The notes: generated by a model not told the origin, from the sequence alone. DNA of 63,975 nt, filler included, from Octopus bimaculoides (GCF_001194135.2; 7 parts of 7 records of this genome joined end to end with filler, not necessarily neighbours in it); one strand, 5' to 3'; counted from the whole stretch's first letter, positions 22,974 to 37,577 are shown. Numbers and translations are program-made.

Positions 22974-23239
22974 ATGCATGTATGTATGTGAATGCAGTTC
23001 TGGTAAAATATCGCTGCAGATATGATAGTGAATTTCTGAATTCGTATTTTTAACCATTTATGTCAAGTCTCTGTATGTTAAAGTACGTATGTATGCATGT
23101 ATGTATGCATGTATGTACGTATGTATGCATATATGCGTGTTTCTGTGGGCAATATGTATATATATAAATGCATGTATAAAGACACGCGCGCGCACACATA
23201 TGTATACGTACACACACCACACATATATGTGTATGTACA

Positions 23240-23328
<89 letters not shown>

Positions 23329-24123
23329 TATTACAAATTAAAAGGGTAAAGGATTATCAATTTATCAATTAATAAATCAATTAACAATTAATAATTTTTA
23401 CCAAGCCCATCGGTATGAAAGCACCATTATTGGTGGAGAACTTATTTAAAAGCTCATATATATTTATAAACATAATAAATGTATATATATATATATATAT
23501 ATATACATTTATATGCATATATATACATAGATATGTATATAGATATATTTTCGTATATTTGTGTGCGTGCATGTGCATTGCACGAATGTGTCTACGTGTA
23601 TGTCTGTATGTGTGACTCTGTAAGTTTGTTTTTGCGTGTTTGTCTGTTTGTAGATTAATATGACCGCATGTGTGAAAATCGACAAATCATTTATTGGATG
23701 AAGTAATTAAGCTGATGTTTCCCTATTAACTTGTACATAGAATGGCAGATAACAACGCAGCTTGTCTTCGCAGACAATAACCGGTTATGAGAGGTTACGA
23801 TGTAGAACATGCGCAATTACACAACGCAATTTCACACCCATACGCGTGCGCATACACCCACAAATACACACTCGTTACATATCTACGTATATGTCTATTT
23901 ATCTGCTTCTCTGTTTATTACTTTCTCATTATGATTGTTTGTGTGTGTGTGTGTGTGGATACACATACACGTACACATATGTATATACAATAAACATATT
24001 ACTGTAGTTATACATGTATATGTATCTCTCTCTCTTTGTCTCTCTCCCTCCCTCTCTCACTTTCTCTCGCTCTCTCGCTCTGTCTGTCTGTCTTTCTCCC
24101 CCCACCACTCTTCCCCCTATCTC

Positions 24124-24158
<35 letters not shown>

Positions 24159-24300
24159 NNNNNNNNNNNNNNNNNNNNNNNNNNNNNNNNNNNNNNNNNN
24201 NNNNNNNNNNNNNNNNNNNNNNNNNNNNNNNNNNNNNNNNNNNNNNNNNNNNNNNNNNNNNAAAGGATGAAGAACAAGAGAGGGAGACAGACAGACAGAC

Positions 24301-24356
<56 letters not shown>

Positions 24357-25064
24357 GGATAGATAGATAGATAGATAGATAGATATAAATATATATATTA
24401 TGTGCGTATGAATTTGCCTCCACTTGATCTGTGGGTGATGGTGGCTCTTCACTCTGAATATCACCATGGTATATACGTGCGGACGCACAAACACTTTCAT
24501 AAAATCCATTTCTCTAGTACATACCTGCGTCTTTCTCAATCGTCATCTATACATCTCTCACACTTTTCCAAGAGTATCTATCCCTTATTGTGTATGTATC
24601 TCTCTCCCTATTTCTTGCGTATTGTTGATTCTCTACCGCTTCGTTTGTATACCTCAGCTTTTCCACTCCCACCCAGTCACTCTTTCTCTCTCATTCCTTC
24701 CCTCTCTATCATTGTCTCTTAATTTCAGTCAATCTTCTCTAGTTTATCTCGCCTTATCAGCTCTCCCTTTGCTATCTATTATGTATAACGTTCCTTCATT
24801 TCCGGTATTTGTCTCTGTGCCCTCCTCAAATTTGTTGTTCTTTCTTATTCTCCAATTTCTCTACGTCACTGCCCCCACTCTCTGACTCTATCACTAACTC
24901 ACACAAACATACCAAGATGCTAGCAAACACGTATACGCAAACAATAAAACATTGTTGATAAGCGAATACATCCGCCTGCATACACATATTAATACACTCA
25001 CATACACTCATACACGAACACAAACACACACACAAACACACTCGCAAATTCGCACTCTTTCCGC

Positions 25065-25131
<67 letters not shown>

Positions 25132-25803
25132 CCGCTCTCTTTCTCTATGATTCATGCACCTTGTATAACTTGACCGTACATATGTACACACACACTCACA
25201 CACGCATATAGCCTTGGAAATCTTAAACGGCTGCACTCTCATGAAAACTTTGAAAATATTCAGCACAACATAAATACATCCCTTTCATTCATACATTCCA
25301 ATATGCACGTGGGTGTACACGTTCAAATACATCAAACAAGCTCAACTAGTGACTGTCTAATTTGGACACATTTGTTCTTTTCTCTCTCTTTTTTCTTTGT
25401 TCTCTCTCTGTCTCTCTCTGTCTCTCTCTGTCTCTCTCTCTCTTTTCCACTCCTCATTGATTCTTTCCGCAAGGCGCGTGTTCTCAAAATGGTAAAGACT
25501 TCTTCCAATTGTTCTGAGCGCCAACCTAATGCACTCTCCTAGTTTGATTTTTTTTTACATCCCCTTCATGTGTCCCTGTTTTTATATTTTTGGACCACTC
25601 GCGCATATAGACTGATTATAGACATACAAAAGTATCTGTGTTCTATTTTTGAATATTTACCATCTGCAAAAACCGAACACACACAGAGCTCTGTCTCTTT
25701 ATGTGATATATTTTATCATACTATACATACATACATACATGCATACATACATTCATCCGTATACGTATACATATATTATTATCGTCGTCATCCTCCTCCT
25801 CCT

Positions 25804-26333
25804 CATCATCATCATCATTTAACGTCCGCTCTCCGTGCTGGTATTGGTTGGAGGGTTTGACCAGAGCTGGTAAACTAGAAGGTGACACCAGAATCTACTC
25901 TGATTTCGAATGGTATTCTACGGCTGAATGTCTTCCTAACGCCAACCACTCCGAGAGTGTAAAGGGTGTTTTTATGTTCCACTGGCACGGATGCCATTTG
26001 CATGACCCAGGTATCGGCCACGACTGCGATTTTGCTTATGGGTCTTCTTCTCAAGCAGGGCATAATGCCAAAGGTCTTGATTATTGACTCTGTGAGGCCC
26101 AACACTCAGATGGAATTCAGTCATTTTGCTTTCGTGAAGCTCATCGTTTGAAAGGAACTCGACCACTTTGCCTCCGTGTGGCCCAATGCTCAAAAGGTGT
26201 TCCTTACCTACCACCGGCATGGGTGCCAATTATGTGACTATAACATCAGGTATGACTATGATTTGACTTGACTTGACGGATCTTCAAAAGCACAGCATAT
26301 TGCCAAAGGTCTCGGTCACTAGTTATTGCCTCT
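25804..26333 (-). mobile_element. Interspersed SINE-like repeat with RTE-type 3' end and (ATG)n tail; internal ~230-bp duplication
   Basis: Minus strand ends GAGCGGACGTTAAATGATGATGATG; the block CCAC(T/C)GGCA..G.TGCCA...TGCCAAAGGTCT occurs at about 25979 and 26211. Confidence 0.6.
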
Positions 26334-26453
26334 AAGTTTCCCTGCAACGGAGTTTTGTTTCTAGAGTGTCTTTTTCTTCTCTAGGTTATTTTGCATGCTT
26401 TCAACGAGTGTGACATAGAAATCACCCGTAAACGGCTCCCTCAGAAAAGAAAT

Positions 26454-26564
26454 ATTTGGCTGCTATTTCTCACACGCCCTACCACCACGTAGCAGGTACT
26501 TCCGATAGTTTATCGCAAATAACTGTTAGGTGGTAGCAGGGCGTGCTAGGAATAGCAGCCAAAT
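26454..26564. repeat. Imperfect inverted repeat (~33-bp arms)
   Basis: ATTTGGCTGCTATTTCTCACACGCCCTACCACC versus reverse complement ATTTGGCTGCTATTCCTAGCACGCCCTGCTACCACC. Confidence 0.8.
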
Positions 26565-26705
26565 CTTTGGAGGTGTGTTACGTTTACTGCATTGGAAAAA
26601 CCTATGAAAGAAAAAATATTTCACACCGAGGTTATAAATGGGTATTTCATGGAATAATTACCGTACTTTTAAAGTCATTTTCACTTTTAAATACTTTTTA
26701 AATAT

Positions 26706-26737
<32 letters not shown>

Positions 26738-27208
26738 GTAATGGTATTCACTTGAAAATGATTTAAAGAAAGCTTTAAAATATTGTCTGCTTAAAGAAGT
26801 CTAAAATATAAATGCTTAGTGTGTACATTAGCTTACATTTTTGAAATCACATTCACTTTAAAATATTTCAAAATCATTAAAATATTGTGTTTTACAAAAG
26901 CCAAACTAGACACATTTACTGTAAAAGAATTCGTATTTTTCGTTGTCAAGTCACTGTTTAATAGAAAGATAAGAGTTTCTTCCCTTCCATGATGAAGATT
27001 ATTTTCGGAATATTTTCCCATTATGCACCGTTTTGGGTACCTATACCTGTAAACCTCTAATATCTTTAAAACTACTTGTCCGATTTACGCGAAACTTGTT
27101 TTATTCCGTTCGTATTAAAATTTCAAGGTAAAGTATTTTCCCATTATGCCCCAGTTTGGCTGGGTAACATTGGAAGCAAACAAGTGAGATTCAAACAGGC
27201 TTTTAATG

Positions 27209-27244
<36 letters not shown>

Positions 27245-28068
27245 NNNNNNNNNNNNNNNNNNNNNNNNNNNNNNNNNNNNNNNNNNNNNNNNNNNNNNNN
27301 NNNNNNNNNNNNNNNNNNNNNNNNNNNNNNNNNNNNNNNNNNNNNNNNNNNNNNNNNNNNNNNNNNNNNNNNNNNNNNNNNNNNNGTGTGTGTGCGTGTG
27401 TGTGTGTGTGTGTGCGTGCGTGTGTGTGTGTGTGTGTGTGTGTGTCTATGTTTGTGTCTGTGTCTGTGTCTGTGTGTGCATATGTCTTATCATTTTATAT
27501 ATTGTCTGTTAATTGTTTCAGTCATGAGACACTGGCCATAATGGTGGAGGGCGTTGAATAATTTTTAATCGATTGAGTCGACCCCGTGAATGATAATGTG
27601 AAATTTAAGTTTGATATGTAAAATATGTTTAAAGATTTTATGAAAACAAGTAAATTTTTTTCAGTGTGACGAAATCAACGAAAATGCATATATATACATT
27701 TTAACACTATATCTACAGATATTCTGTAGAAATTAGAGCCAGCAGTTGCTTTGTTACAACGTTTCATACACAAATAAATACATCTATGTAAGCAATGCGA
27801 TGGAATATAGAAATATAAGTAATGGAGTGTATATGCATAGTTCAGTTCTTTTTCTTTCTTCAGCGTCAGATCCAACCCATTCATCAAAGACATTCCTTAG
27901 ACAGTCCCCATATAGAGTAGTGTAAACCAATTTTACATATTAATCAAATTTCTGGCGACTTGTACGTACCTACAAATTACTTGTAGGGCCATCGTATTTC
28001 GTTATACTCCCATGACATACTACCAACAATATTAAAAGTTTATAAATCAATGCTTTTTCTCACATGTG

Positions 28069-28208
28069 TTAGCAGTGCTATTAATTCGCTTTTTAAAGGT
28101 GTCTCTAAATACATTCCATAGAAATTTGAGCCAACACTGATTTGTTACGACGTTTCTATGGAATATCTCTAAAGATAAAATTAAGTAGTGAATTAATAGC
28201 ACTACTAA
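28069..28208. repeat. Palindromic MITE-like element (~140 bp)
   Basis: Outer arms TTAG(C/T)AGTGCTATTAATTC(G/A)CT and inner arms ATTCCATAGAAA / TTTCTATGGAAT. Confidence 0.75.
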
Positions 28209-28380
28209 TAAAGGTGAGACACACTACTGTCTTATAAGTCCTTAATATACTTGGTAGTAGATTAAGGCTGCATAAGAAAGTACGATTTCCCTACCAGCAA
28301 ATCATACATACAGGCATACATTTATGTATGTACAATCGATAAGTTTACAACATTAGCGCTGTTTCTAATTCATAATTGAA

Positions 28381-28432
<52 letters not shown>

Positions 28433-28616
28433 CGTATACAAATATATACATACATACAATCTAATATAGGAACAAAGCCTCTGCCTAACTCTCTCCCTGT
28501 CTCCCTGTGTATATATACAATGCATAACCTATATGTATATATGAAGAATATGGATTTCATATATATCATATATATATATATATGGGGGGGTGCGTGCGTG
28601 TGTGTGTATGTGTGTG

Positions 28617-28663
<47 letters not shown>

Positions 28664-30119
28664 GCATGTACGTGTGTGTGTGTATGTGCGTGCGTGCGTA
28701 GGTGCGAGTACGTGTTTTGGGTGTCTGTATGTGTGTATTTTTATAAAAGCGGTTTTATGTTTTGTCTTTAATTTTATATATCTGTCTGTATATGTAAAAC
28801 AATAGCATTGTTTGGTGCCTACAACCGAGTTCATCCAACGTTCACTGACTGATAAGCTAATATTTCACATGTTCTAATATATTACAACACTTGACACGAA
28901 ACAAATAAACGTTCTTCATAGTACTTAGTAGCATTGTAGTTTTAACAAATTTACTGTAACCTAGAATATTATTTATTCATTATATCTATCATATACTGTT
29001 AATACTTAGTTCACATTCATTATAGATCCAATTGTTCTATTTATGTAAGACCTTTATTTTCAGAAACTACCAAAGCGGTATGGCTGTTTAATGAGACACG
29101 ATACAACTCGACAGTGGTATTTTTTATTGTAAAATAGGAAACAATCGCTGACCAAAAATAGAAGCACTGTCGTTCCTTATAGAACGAATATATTCTGCTA
29201 ATTTTGATGGCCAGTTGTCTGATGGTGGGCTTTTTAATTTATTGTTTATTACCGTTTACATTGACAGTGAATCATATGAACGAAGTTGTCTCCTAGTGGA
29301 GGTCCACTGCCAAACGTGACGAGATGCCGCCTTCTTAATTAACATATTAATTAACATAGGGTTACCACCAGTGGTCGAGGTAGGATGTCATAGGTCCTTA
29401 AACCCCATTTTTGTTTTGCATAATTTCTTAAATTGTTATGAAGACTCATCTCCCTTCAACTAAACAAGTTATTTTGAGCCATTTTTTGCCTATGCACTCC
29501 TTTGAGTACTATTTTATTCTAGGGTACCCCTATAACTATTCGACGTGTAAAAACTAGTTTATAGATGCTTCTTCCAAAATTTCCATTTTGCTTTTCAGAG
29601 ATTAAGTTCCGTAAGTTGATGTATGTAAAACATTAGAAAAAGAAACCTAGTTGATTCTTGCTACAAATACATCTAAAGCAAAACTTTTCATGGACCCTTT
29701 ATATACCACTGCGGATCCCCAGGATACTATTTTGCTTGCGTGGACCCGCATTGCGCACATGGAGCCTGGTTGTGAACTACTGAACTACACATCTGAAGTT
29801 CTATCACAAACTCGATTCCAACACATCCTGCGCCTCTGATTTGCCAGGGTTAATAATTACGAGCCTATAGAAAATTACGCTTTCTTTACATGCATTAATA
29901 TGCGTGTGTATATGCAATATATATACATATAAGTATGTATGTATGTATGTATGTATNNNNNNNNNNNNNNNNNNNNNNNNNNNNNNNNNNNNNNNNNNNN
30001 NNNNNNNNNNNNNNNNNNNNNNNNNNNNNNNNNNNNNNNNNNNNNNNNNNNNNNNNNNNNNNNNNNNNNNNNNNNNNNNNNNNNNNNNNNNNNNNNNNNN
30101 NNNNNNNNNNNNNNNNNNN

Positions 30120-30179
<60 letters not shown>

Positions 30180-31036
30180 TTCGAATGCATGTATATAAAT
30201 ATACACTACTGTTATATTCATGTTTATTTAGAACTAAACCTACTAGATCGTATTGGTTTTGAGCATTTTAAAAATAAATATGCGCGTGTGTTTAATATAT
30301 CAATAACTAAATACATTTTTGTTTATACCATTTTCTGGCACTGTATATTCTTCACATACACATTTGTTCCTATGAACACATTTGTTTTCTATAGAGATTC
30401 TTCGATATATACTTTATATATTACATTTATATATTTTGTATTTTGTTAGTCGTTCTTTTGATCAGCTTTTTTTACTGTGACTCACTGTTCGGAGTGTGTC
30501 CTTTCTGTTATACTTATTCTATTTGCCATCGTTTGTTCTCTTAACTTATTTGAAGATAGATTGATGTTACATCACACATGTACACATGTTTAAAGACAGA
30601 TGTTTATCTCTTAATATCAGTCTCTGGCTTTGTCTCTCTTTTCGTCTTCCTCTTTTAGTATCCTCATTTTTATTATATTTTAGACTTTTTTTTTTCTCTG
30701 CCAATCATTCGCCTTTACTTTAATTTTTATTTTTAAGTCATATTTACAGTTTTGATACTTGAAACATTTTATTTCTGATAAGGCTTTCTTTTTCTATGCC
30801 CTTTTCATACTCGTTTCTACGAGTTTTCAGTTTTCAACTTTTTAGTTTTCTTAAATTTTATTCGACTCACGTTAATGTGTATATATTTTCCCGTTACACT
30901 CATTCACTTTTATTCAACAAATTCCCATTATTTTTAAAAGTATTTAACCAATGAGATTTAAATGATTATTTGGTGAGCCAGTAATCATGAATATTTATAA
31001 ACACGTATTCACTGTTGTATTGTTCCGAATACTCAC

Positions 31037-31077
31037 GATTCTCTGACGAGCAGTTACGTGAAACTCTGATAAAAGTT
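31037..31077 (+). ncRNA. Decayed type I hammerhead ribozyme
   Basis: GAUUCU-CUGACGA-GC-AGUUAC-GU-GAAAC-UCUG-AUA-AAAGUU: core intact, but stems I and III each have a mismatch and stem II opens on a G-U pair. Confidence 0.55.
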
Positions 31078-31210
31078 TGAGATATTCTTCAGCTTCCATA
31101 AAATAATATTTTACTCTAGTTTTGGCTTCCATTCCCTATTTTGTTCACCTTGTTTTGCCCCGAGGTGGACACTTCACTTTCACTCCCCCACCCGCTTTCT
31201 ATTTCTCTCC

Positions 31211-31253
<43 letters not shown>

Positions 31254-31447
31254 CCTATCTATCTGTGAGTCTATCTATCTACCATTAAGGGACCTCTGTA
31301 TTTAAGTAGTACCAGTTTCACTTCAACATTAAAATTTCATGTGTCAAAATATTTTCTTCGCTTTGAAACCGTGACATATTCACTGACAAAACTTCGCAAA
31401 AGTAATGCAGCACGAATTTTTACAAGTGAACAGCTAATACATACACA

Positions 31448-31529
<82 letters not shown>

Positions 31530-32344
31530 CACACATACGTTCATTTGTGTGTATGTGTATATATGTGTGTGCGTGTGTGTGTCACAAACTGATGCAACTT
31601 GCTTGTGTATATATTGGCTTAGTGGTACAAAGTGTGTGCAAACTGAATAATGTGCAAGTTTCGAGTACTTGTCGGTAACCTTTTTCTTCCCGTTTTCTAA
31701 CAGTAACTACCCAGCTTTCTAGGCTCTTCTCACAGCTATCCCGCGTTCAAAAATTATGCGGGTATTTAAAAATTTTCATTCAGTAAATAAAAAAAGTTCC
31801 ATATACATTAAAAGAATAATAAATGATATATTACATATACATTAATAGAATACACTGTCGGTTTTCCAAATAGCGAATGAAAACATAAAAGAGAAAGTGA
31901 GACACTCTGCAATGAGAATGCAATACTCCGCAATGAAGGCAATAAATATTTAAATTTGTGGATTGGACGCAGTGAATATTTAAATTTACGAGAATTTGGA
32001 GTTTAAAAATTTCTAGAAACTTCAGGAATCGAAATGATAGGAAATTTCTAAAAACATGAATTTATAAAAGTATTTCCACACGGTCAACCATTTAATAATA
32101 GCTTTCTTTTAGTACTTTTAGTAATTGTTGCATTCCTAATTCATAAGCAGCTTTCTCCATTATAGTATTGATATAGTATATCAAACATTTGGAGAAAATA
32201 ATAATTATGATTGTAACACAGACACATAAACACACACACACGCACACTTGCATAGATAATACATACATTCATACACATATCTATATATACATACATATAT
32301 GTGCGTGTATTTGTGTGTCTGTGTCTGTGTCTGTGAGTGTCTCT

Positions 32345-33958
32345 ATGATTGTAGGGATAATCTTTATGTTTGACTCTCGTAGATGCCACATCTCAGGGAT
32401 CTCAATTCTCAGATCTCCAAATTTATCAATCTTCTCTTTTTCTTTCATGATATGTTGATTTCCTGGCACTGCTACGTCTATCATTAGGCACTCTTGTTTG
32501 TCCCTCCTAAAGGTTACTATATCCGGCCTCCAGTGCTCTAACGCTTTGTCCGTCTGAAAATCAAAGTCACAGAAGATTTTTGCCTTCCCCTTTTCGTTCT
32601 TTACCTCTTCCGGTGTATGTTGGTACCAAGTACCCGCAACCTCATATCCATACTTACGGCATAGTAGCCAGTGGAGGTTTTGGACTAATGTGTCATGTCT
32701 ACGCTTGCACACTTTCTGCGCAAGACTTTCACTAGTATTAACAATGTGAGTCACACTTTCGACCCTCTTTACACATATTCTGCGGAGGTCCGATGCACTT
32801 CTGTAGTATCTATTCTTTTTCTGAGTTGGTATTCAATGATTAGGCTTTCAGTATTTATTTTAGGTCACCCTTGTTGAGCCACCTCTATGATGATTCCTAG
32901 TTTCTTAATTTGTTGGTTTCACGGTGGAACTGACCAGGTAATTCCACGCGGAGTATGATTTCTTCTCTCTCGTTGGCTGTTCTTGTTCGGAATTCATGAG
33001 CACTCTCAAGTCTAATTTTTGTCAACTCCTTCTGCACTAGCAGCATACTGTAGCAGGTCTTCTTTGCTGTTTACCAAATATTCTGCCATATTTTTTCTTT
33101 CACTCTTGAGGCACTCCCGTATGCTAATCAGCCCACGTCCACTCTTACCTCTCTTCATGTAGAGCCTGCGTACCTTTGCCTTAGGAGAGCACCATGCATT
33201 GTCATTGTCTTTCGGGTAGTGCGATCAAGTTGGTCAATCTCCGATTGTACCCATTTGAGGATGGGTGCACCATAGCAGACTACAGCAACAACCTATATGT
33301 TGATAGTAGTCACAAGGTTCCTTGAATTGAGTGAGCTTTGATTTCAAGAGAAGTTTGAGGCCCTTGAAATATGCAGTGATGACCTTGACTATCATTTCTT
33401 TGTGCAATATATTGTCCAGGTCGAGGATCCCAAAATACTTGTACCAATCATTATCCGGGTCTTCCATTCTCTCTCCCTTTGGTAATTCTATGCCCCTACA
33501 ATTTACTCTTTTCCCCCGCTTCAAAGTAAGCACTGCACACTTCGAGATTCTGCATTCCATCCCTATATCGTTGCTGTAAATTTGCACAACCTCAACCAAC
33601 CTCTCCGATTCAAGCTCTGTTTTTGCGAACACTTTTAAATCATTCATGAAGAGAAGGTGGTTGAGACGAGGTCTTTTCTTTCTCATATCATACTGAACGT
33701 TGATTTTACGTGAGTCTACAGAAAGTGGGATCAAGTATATAACAAATAACAGAGGTAAAGAGGAGTCTCCTTGGAAAATACCCATTTTGATGGTTACCTC
33801 GTCTAAATGCTGGTTGTTACAGGAAAGACGCGTTTTCCAACTAGACATGCGGGTCTTAATCAGTGCACAGACTTTCTCAGCTATTCCACATGTCGGGTGC
33901 TTACAAAATCCACGAGTGCGCCAACATGTGGTAAGCCTTTATTAAGTCTATTCATCCA
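32345..33958 (-). mobile_element. Dong/R4-clade non-LTR retrotransposon: RT, zinc knuckle and restriction-like endonuclease, decayed and truncated at both ends
   Basis: KAYHMLAHSWI...GIFQGDSSLPLLF...LNHLLFMNDLKVF...YKYFGILD...RLYMKRGKSGRGLI...THIV...RRHD...WRPDIV...CLMIDVAVP. Confidence 0.9.
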
Positions 33959-34004
33959 TTCTTCTTCTTCTTCTTCTTCTTCTTCTTCTTCTTCTTCTTC
34001 TTCC

Positions 34005-34066
<62 letters not shown>
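33959..34066. repeat. (CTT)n then (ATT)n microsatellite
   Basis: Direct reading; abuts the 5'-truncated end of the Dong/R4 copy. Confidence 0.95.
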
Positions 34067-34068
<2 letters not shown>

Positions 34069-34104
34069 TAGTTTTATTTTTATAACGTGCTTTCACTTCA
34101 CTAC

Positions 34105-34204
34105 NNNNNNNNNNNNNNNNNNNNNNNNNNNNNNNNNNNNNNNNNNNNTTAATTAATTAANNNNNNNNNNNNNNNNNNNNNNNNNNNNNNNNNNNNNNNN
34201 NNNN
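34105..34204. other. Artificial scaffold spacer N44-TTAATTAATTAA-N44
   Basis: Same 100-bp structure. Confidence 0.95.
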
Positions 34205-34245
<41 letters not shown>

Positions 34246-34312
34246 ATATATATGTGTATATGTGTGTGTACATGTATGAATGTACGTATATATAACATAA
34301 ATTTATGCACAG

Positions 34313-34352
<40 letters not shown>

Positions 34353-34464
34353 GGACATACATACTTAAATGTACATATTGCAGTTATATATGCATAATCG
34401 TGTGCGTTTGTGCATCATTCCATATATGCATATATATATATATGTATATATATATCTATACCTA

Positions 34465-34495
<31 letters not shown>

Positions 34496-34729
34496 TTGTG
34501 TGTGTGTGCGTGACTGTGTATGTGTGTGTATATGTGTGTGTGCGTGTGTGTGTGTGTGTGCTTGTATAACTTCTCAGCGATTGAATGACACTCATTTCTT
34601 ATTCATAGAGAAGTTCTATATTTTGTTTGATCTGCTAGAAATTGTAGCCAAATCACCATCCACATTTCAGTTTACCTTCTATTAAACTAGAAGGACTTAT
34701 TAGCTGAATTACAACTAAACACCCAGAGA

Positions 34730-35700
34730 TGACAGGCCTATCATCGTTGCAAAGATCTTAACCATAGTTCCGCCTATTCTGGGATGGTTAATTAAAAAAA
34801 AAATGAAGTGAGGAGGGAGGAGATGCGATGCTGTTCTCATCTGTTGATACAAAACTTCTTTGTGATCGCAAGGATGCAATGTGCAAGGATATAAATAACG
34901 GTGTTTGTCATTGGATAAAATACTAACTTTATTCCAATTAGCCAGTTTAGCTGACAAGATGGATTTAATATATTTGGGTGCCACTTAGACTCTGTGGAGA
35001 CACCTACATTTTGTAGCGGCTGCTGGACCGCTGCTAAATGGAGGGATTCTGGTGCTATAAATATGACTACATTGTTTCTGTTGGAAATTCTGAAAGAATT
35101 AAAAATTTCCCTTGAAAATAACGGAATAGTAATAACACCTAAAAGCTTTCTACTAACCAACAGGACGCTGTATTAACTACTACAGTGTATGACTTCAGTC
35201 TTCTTGCGAAGAACACAGTGGTTTTTTGCAAGATGTGATGTTTCTCAGCGAGACAAAAACAGCAGTTGGTAAAACACTTAAAATGCTGGTTAAATGACTG
35301 AAAGAGATTGTAATTGAAACTTGCATTGTCAATCTGCAGAAAGACTTTGTCTTTCATCCATTCCAGGGTCGATAAGATAAATACCTGTTGATCACTAGGA
35401 TCGACATTATAGACTAGCCCCTTCCCTGGAATTGCTGGCCTTATATCAGCAATTTGAAATCACTCTAATATTTAGTGCTTTTGATTCCAGCGGTCATTAC
35501 AGGGAGATAGGTGAAGAAATAACAAATATTTTAATGCAATTCTGCCACAGAATATTGTCTCCGTTTGTCTTTGGCGTGTTATCAAACGGATTACATAGTA
35601 AATATTAAAGACGTATTGTTGTAGGCGTAGGAAATTGGAATTTTGAGCTAATTAAAGAACCCTGAGGAGGCGTCAGCATGGTAAATTCTGTGTAGGAGTC
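34730..35700 (+). mobile_element. Very old L1/Tx1-like ORF2 (RT) relic, interrupted by a SINE
   Basis: Scattered motif remnants only: DRPIIVAKILT, WIKY.LYSN.P, ELKISL, KEP.GGVSMVN. Confidence 0.35.
35340..35463 (+). mobile_element. Family-A SINE, 3' part
   Basis: GACTTTGTCTTTCATCCATTCCAGGGTCGATAAG...TTGCTGGCCTT...TTTGAAATCACT. Confidence 0.75.
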
Positions 35701-37131
35701 AATTAATTTGATGAATGGACATTGAAATGTTAAAACTAAAATCAAAATGGATGAGGAAAAGCAAAATATCACAACAGCGTGTTTTTCTATGACTAATATA
35801 TTTTTCATAAGGAGGATAATTGCGGTCGTATTTCTGTCTGAATTTGTTATCTTCAGTGGAAATATAACCTCGCGATAACTTATTGATATGCCATGCAGAA
35901 TATTGTTAATTAGATATACAGAAAGGTGAATTTATTGGTAAGGGAAAATAGGATTGATGAAAGTTCAAATTATTATAGAACGGTTTAAGTTTAAGTACAC
36001 GCTGCTTTACTGCATACTTGGAACCCTGACAGGGACTGCTTATTCTACCCAGAGTAGACCTGGACACAGTAGTGGCTAATAGGTGGTCCCTGCTCTCCTT
36101 AAAACTCAGGATATCCTAAACTAGAGCCCTACTACACAGGGTGTGTTGCAATCGTGGGATGCAGCGTATTGGAATTGAACTATTTCGGCAGACGAACTTA
36201 TTGAGTCAATAGCAAATATCAGTAGATATAGGACAGGATGAACTGACAAAAAACCGTCAACGACCAGCATCAACCAGTTCAGTTAGTGAATTACCGCTAT
36301 CATCTGTAGTTGTAATGTGTGCAGATGAGATATTCCAGCTAATGAAAGACCAATCTGACTAAAACTCTAGCCTGACAGTCATGGCGCATCTGGCGTAGAA
36401 GAGATGCATTGGTCTGGTTGAGTGGCTCGACCATATAAAGAATGTAGAAGATTACAGCTAAATGGACTGACAATGTGAATAAGAATTCTACATTTGTGTA
36501 TTGGGTACATTGATCTTCCCAGTGACTGGACGTAAGCTTCAGATTGCAAAAGTATAAAGGCCTGAGCCATTTCTGACACGACCAGCTGTAGCAACTATTT
36601 AAAAGAGAAACATACGAAGAAAAATTCAAGAAATTGCTGAAAGTAAACGAAAACGCAAAAAGAAAAAAAATTAATTAAATTAAATTACAATATATAGTAC
36701 AAACACTAACATCATCATCATCATCATCATCGAACAACTACAGAAGCAGCAGCAGCAGCAGCACCATCACCGTCACCGACTCATCAAAGACAAGTAATTA
36801 GAGAGGGAAAAGAAAGGAAATACACCGCAATCAATCAGCATATTAAGAAAATTAAGAATTAAGTATTTGCATCATATATATATGTCTGTATGTATGTGTA
36901 TATATATATAAATATNNNNNNNNNNNNNNNNNNNNNNNNNNNNNNNNNNNNNNNNNNNNNNNNNNNNNNNNNNNNNNNNNNNNNNNNNNNNNNNNNNNNN
37001 NNNNNNNNNNNNNNNNNNNNNNNNNNNNNNNNNNNNNNNNNNNNNNNNNNNNNNNNNNNNNNNNNNNNNNNNNNNNNNNNNNNNNNNNNNNNNNNNNNNN
37101 NNNNNNNNNNNNNNNNNNNNNNNNNNNNNNN

Positions 37132-37164
<33 letters not shown>

Positions 37165-37537
37165 ATATATGTATGTGTGTATATATGTATGTAGGTGTGT
37201 ATATATGTTTGTATGTTTGCATGAATGTATGTATGCATGAAGGTATGTCTCTGCATGAATGTGTGTATGTGAGTGTGTCTATGCAAGTATGTATGTATAC
37301 ATAAACTTTCACACACATACACATTAAATCATATGTGTGTATATATATATATATATATATTTGTAGACATGTATGTATGCATGTGCATGCGCATTTACTA
37401 CGTGTATGTATCTATATATATGTGTATGTGCGTGTGTATGTGTCTGTCTGTCTGATTGTCCGCATGTTTGTATGTTTGTATGTGTTTGTATGTTTGTGTG
37501 TATTTATGCGTGAGTGTGTGTGCGTATGTGTGTGTGT

Positions 37538-37577
<40 letters not shown>

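Noticed and set aside
23600-23760. TAAT/TTTATTG-rich unique stretch as a homeodomain enhancer (also about 29050-29350 and 50590-50700)
   Set aside because: Such motifs are expected by chance in AT-rich DNA; needs conservation or chromatin data
4966-27862. Isolated CUGANGA matches at about 4968, 9222, 21693 and 27856 (minus)
   Set aside because: No stem II followed by GAAA and no pairing stem I
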